DNA from: a virus | Lineage: Duplodnaviria; Caudoviricetes | Direction: 5' to 3' (one strand) | IMG/VR virus record: IMGVR_UViG_3300023047_000002 | DNA: 64,000 bases | Shown here: positions 1 through 10,455 of the stretch, one piece after another | Layout: the number at the start of each line of letters is the position of its first letter | Numbering within the stretch: the first letter of the stretch is position 1 | Notes under the pieces: generated by a model | Told to the model about the DNA's origin: nothing | Database searches by the model: none | The model's input: the letters and a program-made list of their open reading frames with translations, nothing else | Translations under genes and position numbers: made by a program

Positions 1-2676
1 CAAGCTGTCAAGTATAAGACCAGGCTCGCTATCTTTAACGAAGATATACCCACTGTCCTGAGCAATGTCCGCAATTCCGTACCACCCGTTTCGAGTATGG
101 ATATCTACAATCACATCGGTTGAAGACGAAAGAGGTGAACCGTGTTTAAACTCATCATTCTCATCATTCCAGACATACAGCTGTGCACCTGCTGGAATAC
201 GTGCGTATCTCTTAAATTCATCATACGCACCAATCTCCTTAACGTACTCACGAATATTTGTTGACCATGTATAAGCAGGTACTGGTGTATCTGTAGGATT
301 ACCATCAAGATCCACGAGGTTGCCATGTTCATCCACTGCAATAACACGATACCACCAATAACCGCTAAATGATTCTGAACTACGACCGTAAACAGCGATA
401 CGTACACCTTCAGGTAATACAGTTGGCAGTGCGTGCTCAGCAGTTCCGTCAGTGTAAACCGCACCATACATGACAGTTTCACGAACCGTAATGCCATCAA
501 GATTAAAGGGCAAAAACACCATAGGTGTTTTGTCATCTGTCGAGATTTCAGGAACCTCCATTGGCATAACATCGCATATATAAGCCTTTACCGTAATGAT
601 ATCCGGCTGCAACGGTGTTTCCTGTGCATCTGTCTGTACCCAACTGTTCAAAGGCAGGGTAAGGTCTATATCGCATCCATAGCTTCCCGTATGTGGATTA
701 TGTTTCTTTCCTGTGTCGAAAGGAACAATGCATCCCAATGTTTTATGCTGTGAAACTGGTGCATGGTTAATTCCTGTGTAACCATCAATTTCAACAACGA
801 CAGAAGAGAACGGTCGTAGTTTGAGGTTGTCTGCACATGACACAAGCAAATGTGCGTCCATATTCGAGCTTGACGGATTCGTGATGTTGTTTTTCAATTG
901 GCCACAAAGTTCTGCCTTGAATCCATCAGAGCACTGAATGGAATTGAGTAACCAATTCTTCGTTCCATGTGTATAATGTGCAGCCGAAAGAATGCGAACA
1001 GTGAATAACGGAGCACCACCGATCATTCCACTGTCGCCTATAAAGGCAAACGGAACTATGGCATTCTTCTGTTCACCATTATCGTTCCAAAACACTTTAC
1101 GCGAGAGTGCGATCTTTTGTTTCGCATCCTCGGCGTTAGATTCTTTTTCAAGACCGATGTTATAGAACTGACTCTCATTGGCAAGCGTAAGACCTTCATT
1201 TGAAACGAAAGTCATGCGTCGTGCGCTGTCAACATAGAAAGAACTGTCCCAGGCTTCATCAGCTTTAAAGTACGCAGTACGAGCTACAGATATTTGCTGT
1301 TCATAAATACCTTTAAGGACACGTAAAAGTTTTGTACGTGAAGCATTCTGTAACTGGATGCCGTCAACTTCTTTATCGCCAAGAGCATTGTATTTTAGTT
1401 TTAACGCAGCACACTCACTATTCGTGTAAACCGCTTTAAAATCCGAAGGATCAATGGCAATTTTAGGAAACAACGCATTGATTTCGTCGATGCTTATTGT
1501 GTTCGGGAAAATTGCGTACTGTCTTGTGAGTTCAAATGGAATGTTCGGGTCAGTAGAGATAATACGACTGTATCCCTGCCACAGAATTGCGGCGAGCTCA
1601 TCCGTAAGTCCTTCAACAACACGTACCTTATCCTGACCGATGTTTTCAACCGTATCAGGGTCTCGGTCATCACAGATTACAAAGTAATCTGAAATCTTTG
1701 GTTTTCTGGCAACAGTGCCTGATGCTATTTTCCTGCACTCATCGAACGTCTTGTCCAACTGAGTAAGGACAATCTTTCCATCCTGCGTTGTAATCTCAAA
1801 TGCTTTGACATTTGCTTTGTACTGCTCCATTGCTGCTTCATCAATAGAGGCAAGCTCTTCTATGACAGAATCAAGACCAGACACAAAAACATAATGTGTT
1901 GTTCCATTGCTTTCATTTAAGACATAGACAGTTCGACAAGGGCGTTGCACTGCAGACGGGTCCACCCAAATCTTCTCGCCAAACACATACTGAGGATTGT
2001 GAACCGTGACTGCGTCGTCGTTTCCACAAGAAGATCCAAGATTTGCTTGATCAATAAGGTTTCCGTCAGCATCAAACAGCTGCAAGTCTTTCGTATTTTC
2101 GTCAAACTTAATCGTCAGCTTCTGAATGTTTGCACCTGCCTGAAGATTCTCCAAATCCTGCAAGGTGGCAACGCCATTTTCAATGCCGATAATCGATGAG
2201 AACCCATTGGTAAGAACGACTGAGAACGTAACATACAACGAGTTCTTACCATCACCTTGCAAAACGGATGTGTTATTGTTACTTGCAACAGCAAACAGAA
2301 CATTCTCTAATGGTGTTCCGTCTTCAATAACGATATCACCATGTGCATCGACAACAGAAGCAAACAGATAAGCTGTACGAACAATCAGTTCAGATTCAAC
2401 GTCTGTGTTGAACTTGCCGACAGCACGGACAGACAGGTTACCATTATTACCGATGTAAGATTTTATCGGCGTCACAGACCACATTACACCATGACGGAAT
2501 CTGTCCGGCTCACTAACGGCCTGTTCATAGGTCAAACCACCACCGTTAGGCATCTGACTGGGTGCAACGGTACCCTGTTCAACGAACATGGACGTGAATG
2601 AGAGGGAGCATCCGTCCTTCACTTTCTTCAGGAGATAAAATCCCTGATTCGTTATGTTTTGACGATCAAATGCCAT
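1..2676 (-). CDS. Tail fibre-like protein, paralog family A (3' end runs off the window; not in the ORF track)
   Basis: Manual translation from ATG 2676 (GGAGG RBS upstream): MAFDRQNITNQGFYLL...DLQLFDADGNLIDQANL...GEKIW...KIALSR...FAFIGDSGMIGGAPLFTV...HKTLGCIVP. These blocks match the 17205-19859 protein. No stop found in the segments translated. Confidence 0.8.
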   Translation of the reverse strand, partial: MAFDRQNITNQGFYLLKKVKDGCSLSFTSMFVEQGTVAPSQMPNGGGLTYEQAVSEPDRFRHGVMWSVTPIKSYIGNNGNLSVRAVGKFNTDVESELIVRTAYLFASVVDAHGDIVIEDGTPLENVLFAVASNNNTSVLQGDGKNSLYVTFSVVLTNGFSSIIGIENGVATLQDLENLQAGANIQKLTIKFDENTKDLQLFDADGNLIDQANLGSSCGNDDAVTVHNPQYVFGEKIWVDPSAVQRPCRTVYVLNESNGTTHYVFVSGLDSVIEELASIDEAAMEQYKANVKAFEITTQDGKIVLTQLDKTFDECRKIASGTVARKPKISDYFVICDDRDPDTVENIGQDKVRVVEGLTDELAAILWQGYSRIISTDPNIPFELTRQYAIFPNTISIDEINALFPKIAIDPSDFKAVYTNSECAALKLKYNALGDKEVDGIQLQNASRTKLLRVLKGIYEQQISVARTAYFKADEAWDSSFYVDSARRMTFVSNEGLTLANESQFYNIGLEKESNAEDAKQKIALSRKVFWNDNGEQKNAIVPFAFIGDSGMIGGAPLFTVRILSAAHYTHGTKNWLLNSIQCSDGFKAELCGQLKNNITNPSSSNMDAHLLVSCADNLKLRPFSSVVVEIDGYTGINHAPVSQHKTLGCIVPFDTGKKHNPHTGSYGCDIDLTLPLNSWVQTDAQETPLQPDIITVKAYICDVMPMEVPEISTDDKTPMVFLPFNLDGITVRETVMYGAVYTDGTAEHALPTVLPEGVRIAVYGRSSESFSGYWWYRVIAVDEHGNLVDLDGNPTDTPVPAYTWSTNIREYVKEIGAYDEFKRYARIPAGAQLYVWNDENDEFKHGSPLSSSTDVIVDIHTRNGWYGIADIAQDSGYIFVKDSEPGLILDSL

Positions 2677-2762
2677 AACATCCTCCATTTGAAATTACGT
2701 ACAGCACAATTGTGATGTAGCACAAACACTTTATATTTTGATAGGCTTGAGCGAACGGCTGC

Positions 2763-3086
2763 GTGAACTACCCACCGCATTTAAGATGTTGGACTCTGAT
2801 GCAAGCACATCTCAACTAACATAAAAACTATGAGTGTGATGTGCAGTAAGTCAGCTATCCAACACGTTCCGTATGTTCCACACTTTATTCAATTATAAGG
2901 TTATAGACAAGTCTAGCACAACAAATATCCGGTGGACTTTATTTGCCTGTCGAAAACTTGGACACATACGATACTTATATGCATTTAACATTGAGGTATT
3001 TCCGATCCATTTTTATTCGTCATTGTTACAAATGGCTCGCATTACCCACGGGATTTAGCACGTGGGCTTGCGGATCGCTTTTATGG
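2763..3086 (-). mobile_element. Non-autonomous IS200/IS605-derived element (both end hairpins, no tnpA/tnpB)
   Basis: Right-end-like GTGAACTACCCACCGCATTTAAGATGTTGG at 2763; left-end-like CTCGCATTACCCACGGGATTTAGCACGTGGGCTTGCGGATCGC at 3036-3078. Same layout as 57509-57720. Confidence 0.7.
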
Positions 3087-3148
3087 CCAATCGTATTGAT
3101 AACACAACCTGAAACTTATTTAAACAATCCATTTCACACTTGAATATG

Positions 3149-4876
3149 TTAAATGTTATTCAGTCTCAATGTAAGCATAAGCTCTCTCATCAAACGGGTA
3201 TCTACGGAGACAACCTGATCATCACCAACCGACACAACAGCAAACGGAATGACAGAGTTATTATCCATACGTGAGGCATACAGGACTAGCGATGCAATGT
3301 TGAACACGCCTGTCTGATCCGTCATGTCAAACGAAACACGAACAACCAAGTTAGGTCTGTCTGAATCATACTCATTAGTCACATCAATGATATTGCCGAC
3401 AACTGAAGACTTGTGAAGCAAGTTAATCTGGTCTTCAGTAAGAAGTTCAATCTGCTCATTGGTAAAGGAAGCATCTGGAATGGCATGGACGTAAAGAATG
3501 TCCTTTATACCTGATGCAGACAGTCCATACATAGCATCCTGACCTGAACTCGTGATTCCCATCTCTTTGAATGTCAAGCCACTCCGATAACTCATAGACA
3601 TGGCTGCAGTGGATGAACTATCGTGTTCAATCAATTCCTCGCTATTCAAATCCATTAACTGTTCTGCAACGACATACGCACCCTTCTCAACACCTTGGTC
3701 AACCTGCTGTGAGACATGTTCAAGATCATACGTTCCACAATCGGCATTCAGGTAGACATCAGGCAAAGTGTACTGCGTAGAAAACTCAGCACCAATGCGA
3801 ACGGGAACTTTAACACGGTTTCTGATGCTTATGTCTTCGACTGTAAGCGGAAGCCGCTTAATATCCAGGTTTGCGCGAATATTAAAGTCGCCAATGTGAA
3901 AAGCATTATTTGAGGCCTCGACCTTTGTTGAAATAAAAACGTTCGGTATCATAGTTCCTGTCACCATCCAAAAGGTCATTTGCACTTCAACACCCAAACC
4001 GGCGTAAATGTCCGCATACCTGTACATGTCAGGCAATGAGGATAAATCGATTTCTCCAAACAAATCGCCAGTCAGTGTTGAACTCTGGTCGTCAATAGGT
4101 TCCGATAAATCACCGGAACTTTGTGAAAGAGCACCAACAGTATCCGTCAAGTCGTAAGGGGTTGTATTCTCCGCATTGTAGAAAAGGTTTTTACCTTGAA
4201 GGTCTTCACGACCTCTGTACACAGGATTATGAAACACATCCATGGCTGATTGCGTAATCCCAGAGTCTGTCCCTTTATACCATCCAATGTCCTCACGAGC
4301 GAACGGAGCACTTCCATAACCCATTTCCATGAGTCCATAGAGGTACCCTTCAGAAAGCTGATAACGTAAAGGGTATGAAACACGTAGTCTTGACGCATTC
4401 CACGAAGTATAAGCCTGGTCATAACGCTCAGAATAATCAATATCGCTTTCTCCATCAATACGTTGCGGAGGAATAAACTGCAACGCTTCCTGTATGGAGA
4501 TCGGAGTGTGATCAGAGGAAGACATAAACTCAGGAATCTTACCGTTGATGCCTGAGACAAACCCAAGTTCTTCAAGCAGATACCGAAATGACCAAATGTC
4601 AAAGTAAAGACCATCATCCGTTAGGTCGATACGCCACTTGTCATCAAGGTATTCGTGAGCCTTATTGAAAAAGGACAAATCCGTGATTCGCTCCTCACCA
4701 TCCTTGTCAATGATGCTGTTAGGAATCCAAATATGATCTGATACATGACTATGACCTGTCGCGGCTGAATAACCGATAAGGAAAAGCATGTTCAAATCAA
4801 CGGAATTGTACCGTCCAAGTAGATAGTCATAATACTGAATATCATAGTTATTTCTTGTCCAATAAGCTAAAGGCAT
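3149..4876 (-). CDS. Hypothetical virion/baseplate-associated protein
   Basis: 575 aa acidic ORF directly upstream of a fibre gene; beta-rich C-terminus (VVRVSFD...IASLVLYA). Function inferred from context only. Confidence 0.5.
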   Translation of the reverse strand: MPLAYWTRNNYDIQYYDYLLGRYNSVDLNMLFLIGYSAATGHSHVSDHIWIPNSIIDKDGEERITDLSFFNKAHEYLDDKWRIDLTDDGLYFDIWSFRYLLEELGFVSGINGKIPEFMSSSDHTPISIQEALQFIPPQRIDGESDIDYSERYDQAYTSWNASRLRVSYPLRYQLSEGYLYGLMEMGYGSAPFAREDIGWYKGTDSGITQSAMDVFHNPVYRGREDLQGKNLFYNAENTTPYDLTDTVGALSQSSGDLSEPIDDQSSTLTGDLFGEIDLSSLPDMYRYADIYAGLGVEVQMTFWMVTGTMIPNVFISTKVEASNNAFHIGDFNIRANLDIKRLPLTVEDISIRNRVKVPVRIGAEFSTQYTLPDVYLNADCGTYDLEHVSQQVDQGVEKGAYVVAEQLMDLNSEELIEHDSSSTAAMSMSYRSGLTFKEMGITSSGQDAMYGLSASGIKDILYVHAIPDASFTNEQIELLTEDQINLLHKSSVVGNIIDVTNEYDSDRPNLVVRVSFDMTDQTGVFNIASLVLYASRMDNNSVIPFAVVSVGDDQVVSVDTRLMRELMLTLRLNNI

Positions 4877-5021
4877 TACGTCACCACATACAAAAAGCGT
4901 AAAGTGAAACGGACAACACAAGGCGATGCTTTCCGTTTTGATAAGGATAAGAACCGCAAACCCATGTGGCTCTCATCCTTATCAAAATAAACGTGAATTA
5001 AGAACATTTCGGAGATTCAAG

Positions 5022-5537
5022 ATGAAACAACTTCCAATGATTATGTCATGCGGACTCTATTATGAAACAAAAGGACTTAGAGAGCTATGTCATGCAGTCA
5101 AACAACGAAACGACGATGCAATGACAACGGCGGCAGAATGCTTGTCCGATATCGTAACACTCTACAATCTGGACGGATTCCATATCATTCCGATACCTAA
5201 CCACAGCGGAAAAGCAGAGTACACCTTGGAAATACTCAAACGGTTACAGAAATTGAATGACATCACAATCGACGACATACTGGTAGGTTCTCATCATGAA
5301 ACGATGTACAACGCAAAAAAATCCGGCAATCCGTTGAGCAAAGACAAATTCGGTTTCCGCATAACAAGAAACATTACATCCAAAAACACCATACTGTTTG
5401 ACAACGTAATCGGAAGCGGTACTACGTACTTCGCTGCGCTGGACGCTATCGGAATCGGACTGCCATTACTCGTGCTAGGACAGACACAAGAGACAAACTA
5501 CTATGAACGAGAATGGCGAAAGTGGCGTAGAAATTAA
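5022..5537 (+). CDS. Phosphoribosyltransferase-like (ComF-type) protein
   Basis: IIPIP motif and PRPP loop ILFDNVIGSGTT; GGAG RBS before MKQLP. Confidence 0.7.
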   Translation: MKQLPMIMSCGLYYETKGLRELCHAVKQRNDDAMTTAAECLSDIVTLYNLDGFHIIPIPNHSGKAEYTLEILKRLQKLNDITIDDILVGSHHETMYNAKKSGNPLSKDKFGFRITRNITSKNTILFDNVIGSGTTYFAALDAIGIGLPLLVLGQTQETNYYEREWRKWRRN

Positions 5538-5670
5538 ATACAGGGTACGAAATTTGCGTTCTGAGATCGATTTTAACGGTAAAGGTGTAAACACACACAA
5601 GAGGACTAAAGTCGCACAGAACGCAAAATAGATGGCTTTACGTCGATGGATGTTTTTTAAGCTCTAATAC

Positions 5671-5892
5671 TTAGTCTTCGCAAGCAGACATAAAGGTGTC
5701 CTTTTCAACTTTGCGATAGGTTTCCATGCTTTCCATTATGGAGTGTATGCTTAACTTTAATGCTTTATAAGGTTCTTCAAGCATTTCCGGCAAATGGTCT
5801 TCAGTGATTTCGTCAAGCAGCTCATCCATGCAATAACACATGGAAAACAGAGCACTTACAGATTCCAAATGCATAAGGTCTTTTTGTTTCAT
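5671..5892 (-). CDS. Hypothetical protein
   Basis: ORF starting MKQKDL, last gene of a minus-strand cluster. Confidence 0.5.
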   Translation of the reverse strand: MKQKDLMHLESVSALFSMCYCMDELLDEITEDHLPEMLEEPYKALKLSIHSIMESMETYRKVEKDTFMSACED

Positions 5893-6004
5893 TACTTCAG
5901 CCCCTTCAATTACCAGTAGAAAACATACGTTAGAGATCTTACAGAACGCGTTTCTATGAGTACGCGATTTTTTGATTACGACGTGTGATTTATCGTATGA
6001 TACG

Positions 6005-6044
6005 AAAGTCGTTCTCAAATTTTGGAGTATTTGAGAACGACTTT
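6005..6044. terminator. Hairpin / probable intrinsic terminator
   Basis: AAAGTCGTTCTCAAAT-N8-ATTTGAGAACGACTTT, downstream of the 6065 gene end. Confidence 0.6.
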
Positions 6045-6064
6045 AGTTTGCGATTGCTTACAAT

Positions 6065-6577
6065 CTAGCAGAACTGCTCAAGGTCTTCCGTCAAAGCGTC
6101 AATCATCTCACGGGTGAGTTCTTTTCTTCCACTTCCAAGGGAATCCATTGAAGGACACTCGTCGAGCACTTCACGGACATAATGCTCAAGCAAAAGAACA
6201 CAGAAAGCATCCGGATCAGAAAGAGGATTCGGGTTGCAGGAACCAGTTTCAGAAACCCATTCATTCAGAACGTCACCGGCATCGTAACGGTTCTGCGAAA
6301 TGAAATCCCATGATTTCTGTGTGGACATGAAAACCGTTCCGTCCATGGTTTCCCTACCGGTCAATTCCGTTGCAAGATCGTCCATATAGACTTCAACGCC
6401 TTCCATCTCATCCAGACGATCAATGCAATGTTCCGCAGCCCATTTCTTTAATTCATTGTCATTCATGTTGTATGATGACTCAAAATGTCTCCGGCCACGG
6501 ATACGCATTGAGCGATCTGACGGAACTCGTTTCTCGGAACGTGTACGACGAATGTTTCTTATGTTGTGTTTAATCAT
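6065..6577 (-). CDS. Hypothetical protein with Arg-rich leader ending RRHFES (candidate internal head protein)
   Basis: GGAGG RBS; basic N-terminus followed by an acidic domain. Confidence 0.7.
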   Translation of the reverse strand: MIKHNIRNIRRTRSEKRVPSDRSMRIRGRRHFESSYNMNDNELKKWAAEHCIDRLDEMEGVEVYMDDLATELTGRETMDGTVFMSTQKSWDFISQNRYDAGDVLNEWVSETGSCNPNPLSDPDAFCVLLLEHYVREVLDECPSMDSLGSGRKELTREMIDALTEDLEQFC

Positions 6578-6590
6578 GGTAAAACCTCCA

Positions 6591-6965
6591 TTAACGTGAA
6601 TTAGCGTTATCATATTCTGACGCAAAACGACTTGCAATATCGGAAATTAAGTCCTCAACGGTTTCTCCGACATAATCACCGTTATCATCATGTATCCCAT
6701 CGCCATCAAAGGAATACATGACTTCTGCTAAAGAACCGAATCGTGAACTTCTTCTGTGAGCACTTCTGTCATCACAAAGAACCACATTGATTGTCGGAAC
6801 GCCGTCATCCGATTCAAGACCATCCTCAATGTCGATGCTTGCGTTTACACGACGGAAATGAAATTCATTCTTGCATACTGCCTCAAAGCTAACCTGCACT
6901 TTGTCAATGAAGTCACTTAAATCATTCGCTATCTCGCTGTAAGCATCTAAGCCATTACTTTCATA
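6591..6965 (-). CDS. Probable frameshifted C-terminal continuation of the 6947-8107 gene
   Basis: Frame is open from 6965 (YESNGLDAYSEIANDL...) with TAG just before it and no good start/RBS. Confidence 0.55.
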   Translation of the reverse strand, partial: YESNGLDAYSEIANDLSDFIDKVQVSFEAVCKNEFHFRRVNASIDIEDGLESDDGVPTINVVLCDDRSAHRRSSRFGSLAEVMYSFDGDGIHDDNGDYVGETVEDLISDIASRFASEYDNANSR

Positions 6966-8107
6966 CTACGAGAACGACGAGGACGTTTGCTTTCAAAATT
7001 GCGACGCATTCTATCCCAATCATCCGAAAGGTTTTGAACTTCATCAACAATCCAATCACTGATCTTGTTCTTCACTTGCTCAAGAGAAAGCATACGAAGT
7101 TTGCCAGTCGGCGCAACGCACAGATACAAAGGAATGTCCAAAGTATTGATCCAGACTTCAATACCAGACTCATTCACCAGATTGAGGTAGATACGAATAC
7201 CCGTTGGAAAATGTCCCGTAGCTCCTCCACGTGCTTCATTGACATCAAACATACCGCCTTGAAGCCTACCGAAATGCCGTTTTAATGTATTTACGAGCTT
7301 GTCAAATGCAGCCTGTGTATCTGAATCAACGGACACGTTATTTCGTGGTTTACCCTGAGAAATACACCTACGAAAATCATCGTAGGTTTCACCGAGGTCG
7401 ATACCATCCAAATCCATGAGCTGTTCCATGTAACTCAAGAACGCGCTTGCAATAGACTCAAGCACTGACTGGGATTTCAATCCCATCAAATGAAGTCCAA
7501 GAACCTCATTACAGTACGTCAACAGCTGCATGTCCAACATTTCTGAAAGCGAGTAGTCGTTTGCTTCCAGAGCTTTCTTGTTCTCGTACTTGTGTTGTAC
7601 GCGTAAATTTCGTTTACGTATCATACCCTTTCCCTCTGCTCGAAATTTATCGAAATCCTGATTAAAACTGTCGATTGCCTTTAATATGTGCTTACAAGCA
7701 TACCCGTGCCTGTCAGGATTTGTTTCATTTGGTGGACGACGTTCAATGTCAACACTACCACCCTTTACAGAAGCACGGAACTTGTACCCCTGATAGGTGA
7801 AAGCAGGACATGTACAGTCTATTTCGATATTACCCTTTACGGCGTGCTGTATTTCATCATCCAAGTGTGCCATGTCAGGATTCCATTCCTTAAAACGGAA
7901 CGTGACCGTGTACGACTTCCCTGCTTTCGCTTGTGACGTGACGCTGTAATGAACATCTCCTGTATCTTTGTTGAAGTCTACGAAACGTGCAACGATATTC
8001 GATGAACGTGAACGTGCATAACTTCTTCGGTCAGACAAATTTTGGATGTCTCGTGAGGTTACTTCATCGTGTCGTAAACAATTTGCATGTCCATGCTGCT
8101 TCGTCAT
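6947..8107 (-). CDS. SWIM-type zinc-finger multidomain protein
   Basis: CTCPAF...CKH (CxC...CxH); basic linkers KYEN and NFES. Confidence 0.65.
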   Translation of the reverse strand: MTKQHGHANCLRHDEVTSRDIQNLSDRRSYARSRSSNIVARFVDFNKDTGDVHYSVTSQAKAGKSYTVTFRFKEWNPDMAHLDDEIQHAVKGNIEIDCTCPAFTYQGYKFRASVKGGSVDIERRPPNETNPDRHGYACKHILKAIDSFNQDFDKFRAEGKGMIRKRNLRVQHKYENKKALEANDYSLSEMLDMQLLTYCNEVLGLHLMGLKSQSVLESIASAFLSYMEQLMDLDGIDLGETYDDFRRCISQGKPRNNVSVDSDTQAAFDKLVNTLKRHFGRLQGGMFDVNEARGGATGHFPTGIRIYLNLVNESGIEVWINTLDIPLYLCVAPTGKLRMLSLEQVKNKISDWIVDEVQNLSDDWDRMRRNFESKRPRRSRSMKVMA

Positions 8108-8124
8108 AACAAGCACCCCGAAAC

Positions 8125-8838
8125 CTAGCGTCCAGTGTATTCCCAGATTTGTCCGTTAAGTTCACAGAATGAACCCTCGATACGAATATCCCTACCATAT
8201 GATTCGTAATCGAAGTAATAATCTTTGTTAGCAATGCCGTCCATACCAAGAGAGTCTACAACAGCCTCGCCGATTTCTTCATCTGATGCATCCTCGTCAC
8301 CACACCAGTATTCACCTGCGGTCTCAGGGTCTCCTTCCTCAGAAGCATAATACTCTATTCGGACGTCACGTCCAAATGATTCATAATCGAAGTATCGCTC
8401 AATGGTTTCATCGTCAAAAGAACCTATCTCAGAAGCATAATACTCACCGATAACACGGTCTTCATCATAACCATCTCCGATACATACCATATCGTCAACA
8501 TTCTCGAAGGCTTCATCAACGCTTCCAAAAATCTCTAAAGCGGCAGCGAAAGCATCCACGTCATCAACGTTTTCAACCTTCTCACCTATCTCATTGGCTT
8601 CGTCAAGACTCAAATGCTCACCAAGCGTGTCACACACCTCTGGGATATCACAATCCCAATCAGTCCAGAAGTACTCTTCATAATAGACACCATCCTTGTC
8701 AGGCTCATCGCTGATTCCGATACGTTTACATACGTCCTCGAAGTCATCCTCATCAATAGGAAGTGTAACCCACGTTCCAACCAAATCACCTTCGTTGTAT
8801 TTGCCCAAATTGGTAAGATAACCACGTAAAGTAGCCAT
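8125..8838 (-). CDS. ardA: Antirestriction protein ArdA (DNA mimic)
   Basis: YLTNLGKYNEGDLVGTWVTLP, YEEYFWTDWD and two YFDYES(F/Y)GRD motifs; very acidic. Confidence 0.93.
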   Translation of the reverse strand: MATLRGYLTNLGKYNEGDLVGTWVTLPIDEDDFEDVCKRIGISDEPDKDGVYYEEYFWTDWDCDIPEVCDTLGEHLSLDEANEIGEKVENVDDVDAFAAALEIFGSVDEAFENVDDMVCIGDGYDEDRVIGEYYASEIGSFDDETIERYFDYESFGRDVRIEYYASEEGDPETAGEYWCGDEDASDEEIGEAVVDSLGMDGIANKDYYFDYESYGRDIRIEGSFCELNGQIWEYTGR

Positions 8839-8897
8839 AATAAACCTCCAGAAAAAAGAGTAGACTGTTATCTACTACCATGAGACAGAAATAAAAA

Positions 8898-9464
8898 TTA
8901 ACACTTTACGTAACGACCACGTACTTTTGTTTGAACATCGTTACGAAGGACCCGGCGATTCTCAAGACCCATTGCAGGAGCTTCACGGAACTCCCATCCA
9001 TAAACAGGCTCGAAATTACCACTGTCATAAACTCCAACGGCCAATGTGTCATCTTGACCAAAGTATTTAAGACCAATGCATGGAATGTACTCCAGGTCGT
9101 CACCATACAGGTCAAGAAGTTTATCCACTTCATCATTCACATGATTCTCTACTTCATCCCAAGCCTGTTTTGCATCACGTGCATTGAACGGTTTACCGTC
9201 AGAGCAAATTAAATCTAGCTTACGGGAGGTGTCCTGCACATCATTAAAGAAATCATAAGCCATATCAGCATTGTCGATGTCGATGCATTCAGCCATCAAA
9301 GCGTCCCAACCACGCGTGAAATTTTCAGACTTCACGTGCTTACGCGATTCTGAACGAACAAATCTACTACGTGCAATCTTACGTAACGAGTTCTTTTTCT
9401 CACTACGTTCACGAAACGTCAACTTTCGTGTGTTAATATTCAATTTTGTTGTCTTGCGAATCAT
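8898..9464 (-). CDS. Hypothetical protein with long K/R-rich leader (RSES...KSEN)
   Basis: ORF track; basic leader then acidic core. Confidence 0.7.
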   Translation of the reverse strand: MIRKTTKLNINTRKLTFRERSEKKNSLRKIARSRFVRSESRKHVKSENFTRGWDALMAECIDIDNADMAYDFFNDVQDTSRKLDLICSDGKPFNARDAKQAWDEVENHVNDEVDKLLDLYGDDLEYIPCIGLKYFGQDDTLAVGVYDSGNFEPVYGWEFREAPAMGLENRRVLRNDVQTKVRGRYVKC

Positions 9465-9561
9465 AAGTAACCTACTAACAAAATGAGTAAACCACAGCTA
9501 CAAGGCCACATCTATTTAGATTGTAGTGAACAAAAACAACAATCTAAATCATACAAGAAGA

Positions 9562-9601
9562 ACTCTATCACACATACAGCAGAGAAGGTGGAACAGCACC
9601 A
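9562..9601 (-). promoter_or_regulatory. TGGTGCTG-N26-extended -10 promoter
   Basis: Box at 9594-9601, 26 nt spacer, TGTGA-TAGAGT; faces the 9464 cluster. Confidence 0.7.
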
Positions 9602-9621
9602 TAATCGATAGGCAACAAATC

Positions 9622-10455
9622 ATGGACACACAATACTTTAAATGCTTATGTGAAACACAGGCGAAAACATTCAACTGGCAGCATCCGGTTCTACCTTTAG
9701 TCGGTGCAAAAGCAAAACAATGGTGGCGCGAAATACAGGCCGTAGCCTCTATCTTACCTCCAGGTTGTAAAGTGTTCGATGCGTTTACCGGGACATTCTC
9801 AGTATCCAAGATAATGCTTTACAAGAATGAAACCCTGGACATCACAGCAAACGATCTGAATGGTTCTTACAGACGAAGACTTAACGCAATCGAGCAGACA
9901 ATAGCATTATGGCATGAGGCGAAAGAAAAAATAGGAACACGAACAGACCATACCACACGCACACGGTTCACAGACGAACAGTATGAATGCTTTACAGACA
10001 TACTGTCACGTGCAGAAGATAAAGTGACTGTGACATCTTGGGGTAATCACGCACGATCTCCGAGAAATACGCTGCCGACAGTTCCACCGGACCTCAACAT
10101 GGCGAAACGATGGTTGGATGGAATAAACGTATGTGACATAGCACTTAAAAATGACGTGCAATGCGTACAGATTTCGGAGGACTTTGACTTTATCATACTC
10201 GACCCACCATACAAAGGCCATGCATATAAGGAACAGTATTCAGCAGAATACCGTCAGGAAGCTCGTGAGTGGTCAAGAGAAATCATAGGAAAGTGCAAAG
10301 GTTTCATGATTTGGGACAGGGCAGATTCAGACCTGATAAACTTGGCGATGGAAAATCAAGGAACCCTTATGCGTACATGCTCTATGGGAAGCAAAGAAGG
10401 AAACAGGGGAGAGTCGTTAGTGATTAACATAAAACAGTTCACAGAGACAAGTTGA
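9622..10455 (+). CDS. DNA adenine methyltransferase (Dam/D12-like)
   Basis: LPLVGAK, VFDAFTGTFSVS, ANDLN and the catalytic ILDPPY motif. Confidence 0.8.
   Translation: MDTQYFKCLCETQAKTFNWQHPVLPLVGAKAKQWWREIQAVASILPPGCKVFDAFTGTFSVSKIMLYKNETLDITANDLNGSYRRRLNAIEQTIALWHEAKEKIGTRTDHTTRTRFTDEQYECFTDILSRAEDKVTVTSWGNHARSPRNTLPTVPPDLNMAKRWLDGINVCDIALKNDVQCVQISEDFDFIILDPPYKGHAYKEQYSAEYRQEAREWSREIIGKCKGFMIWDRADSDLINLAMENQGTLMRTCSMGSKEGNRGESLVINIKQFTETS

Noticed and set aside
65..2601. Short ORFs listed in the track at the left end
   Set aside because: They are shadows of the single long minus-strand fibre ORF, which the track missed because it has no stop inside the window.
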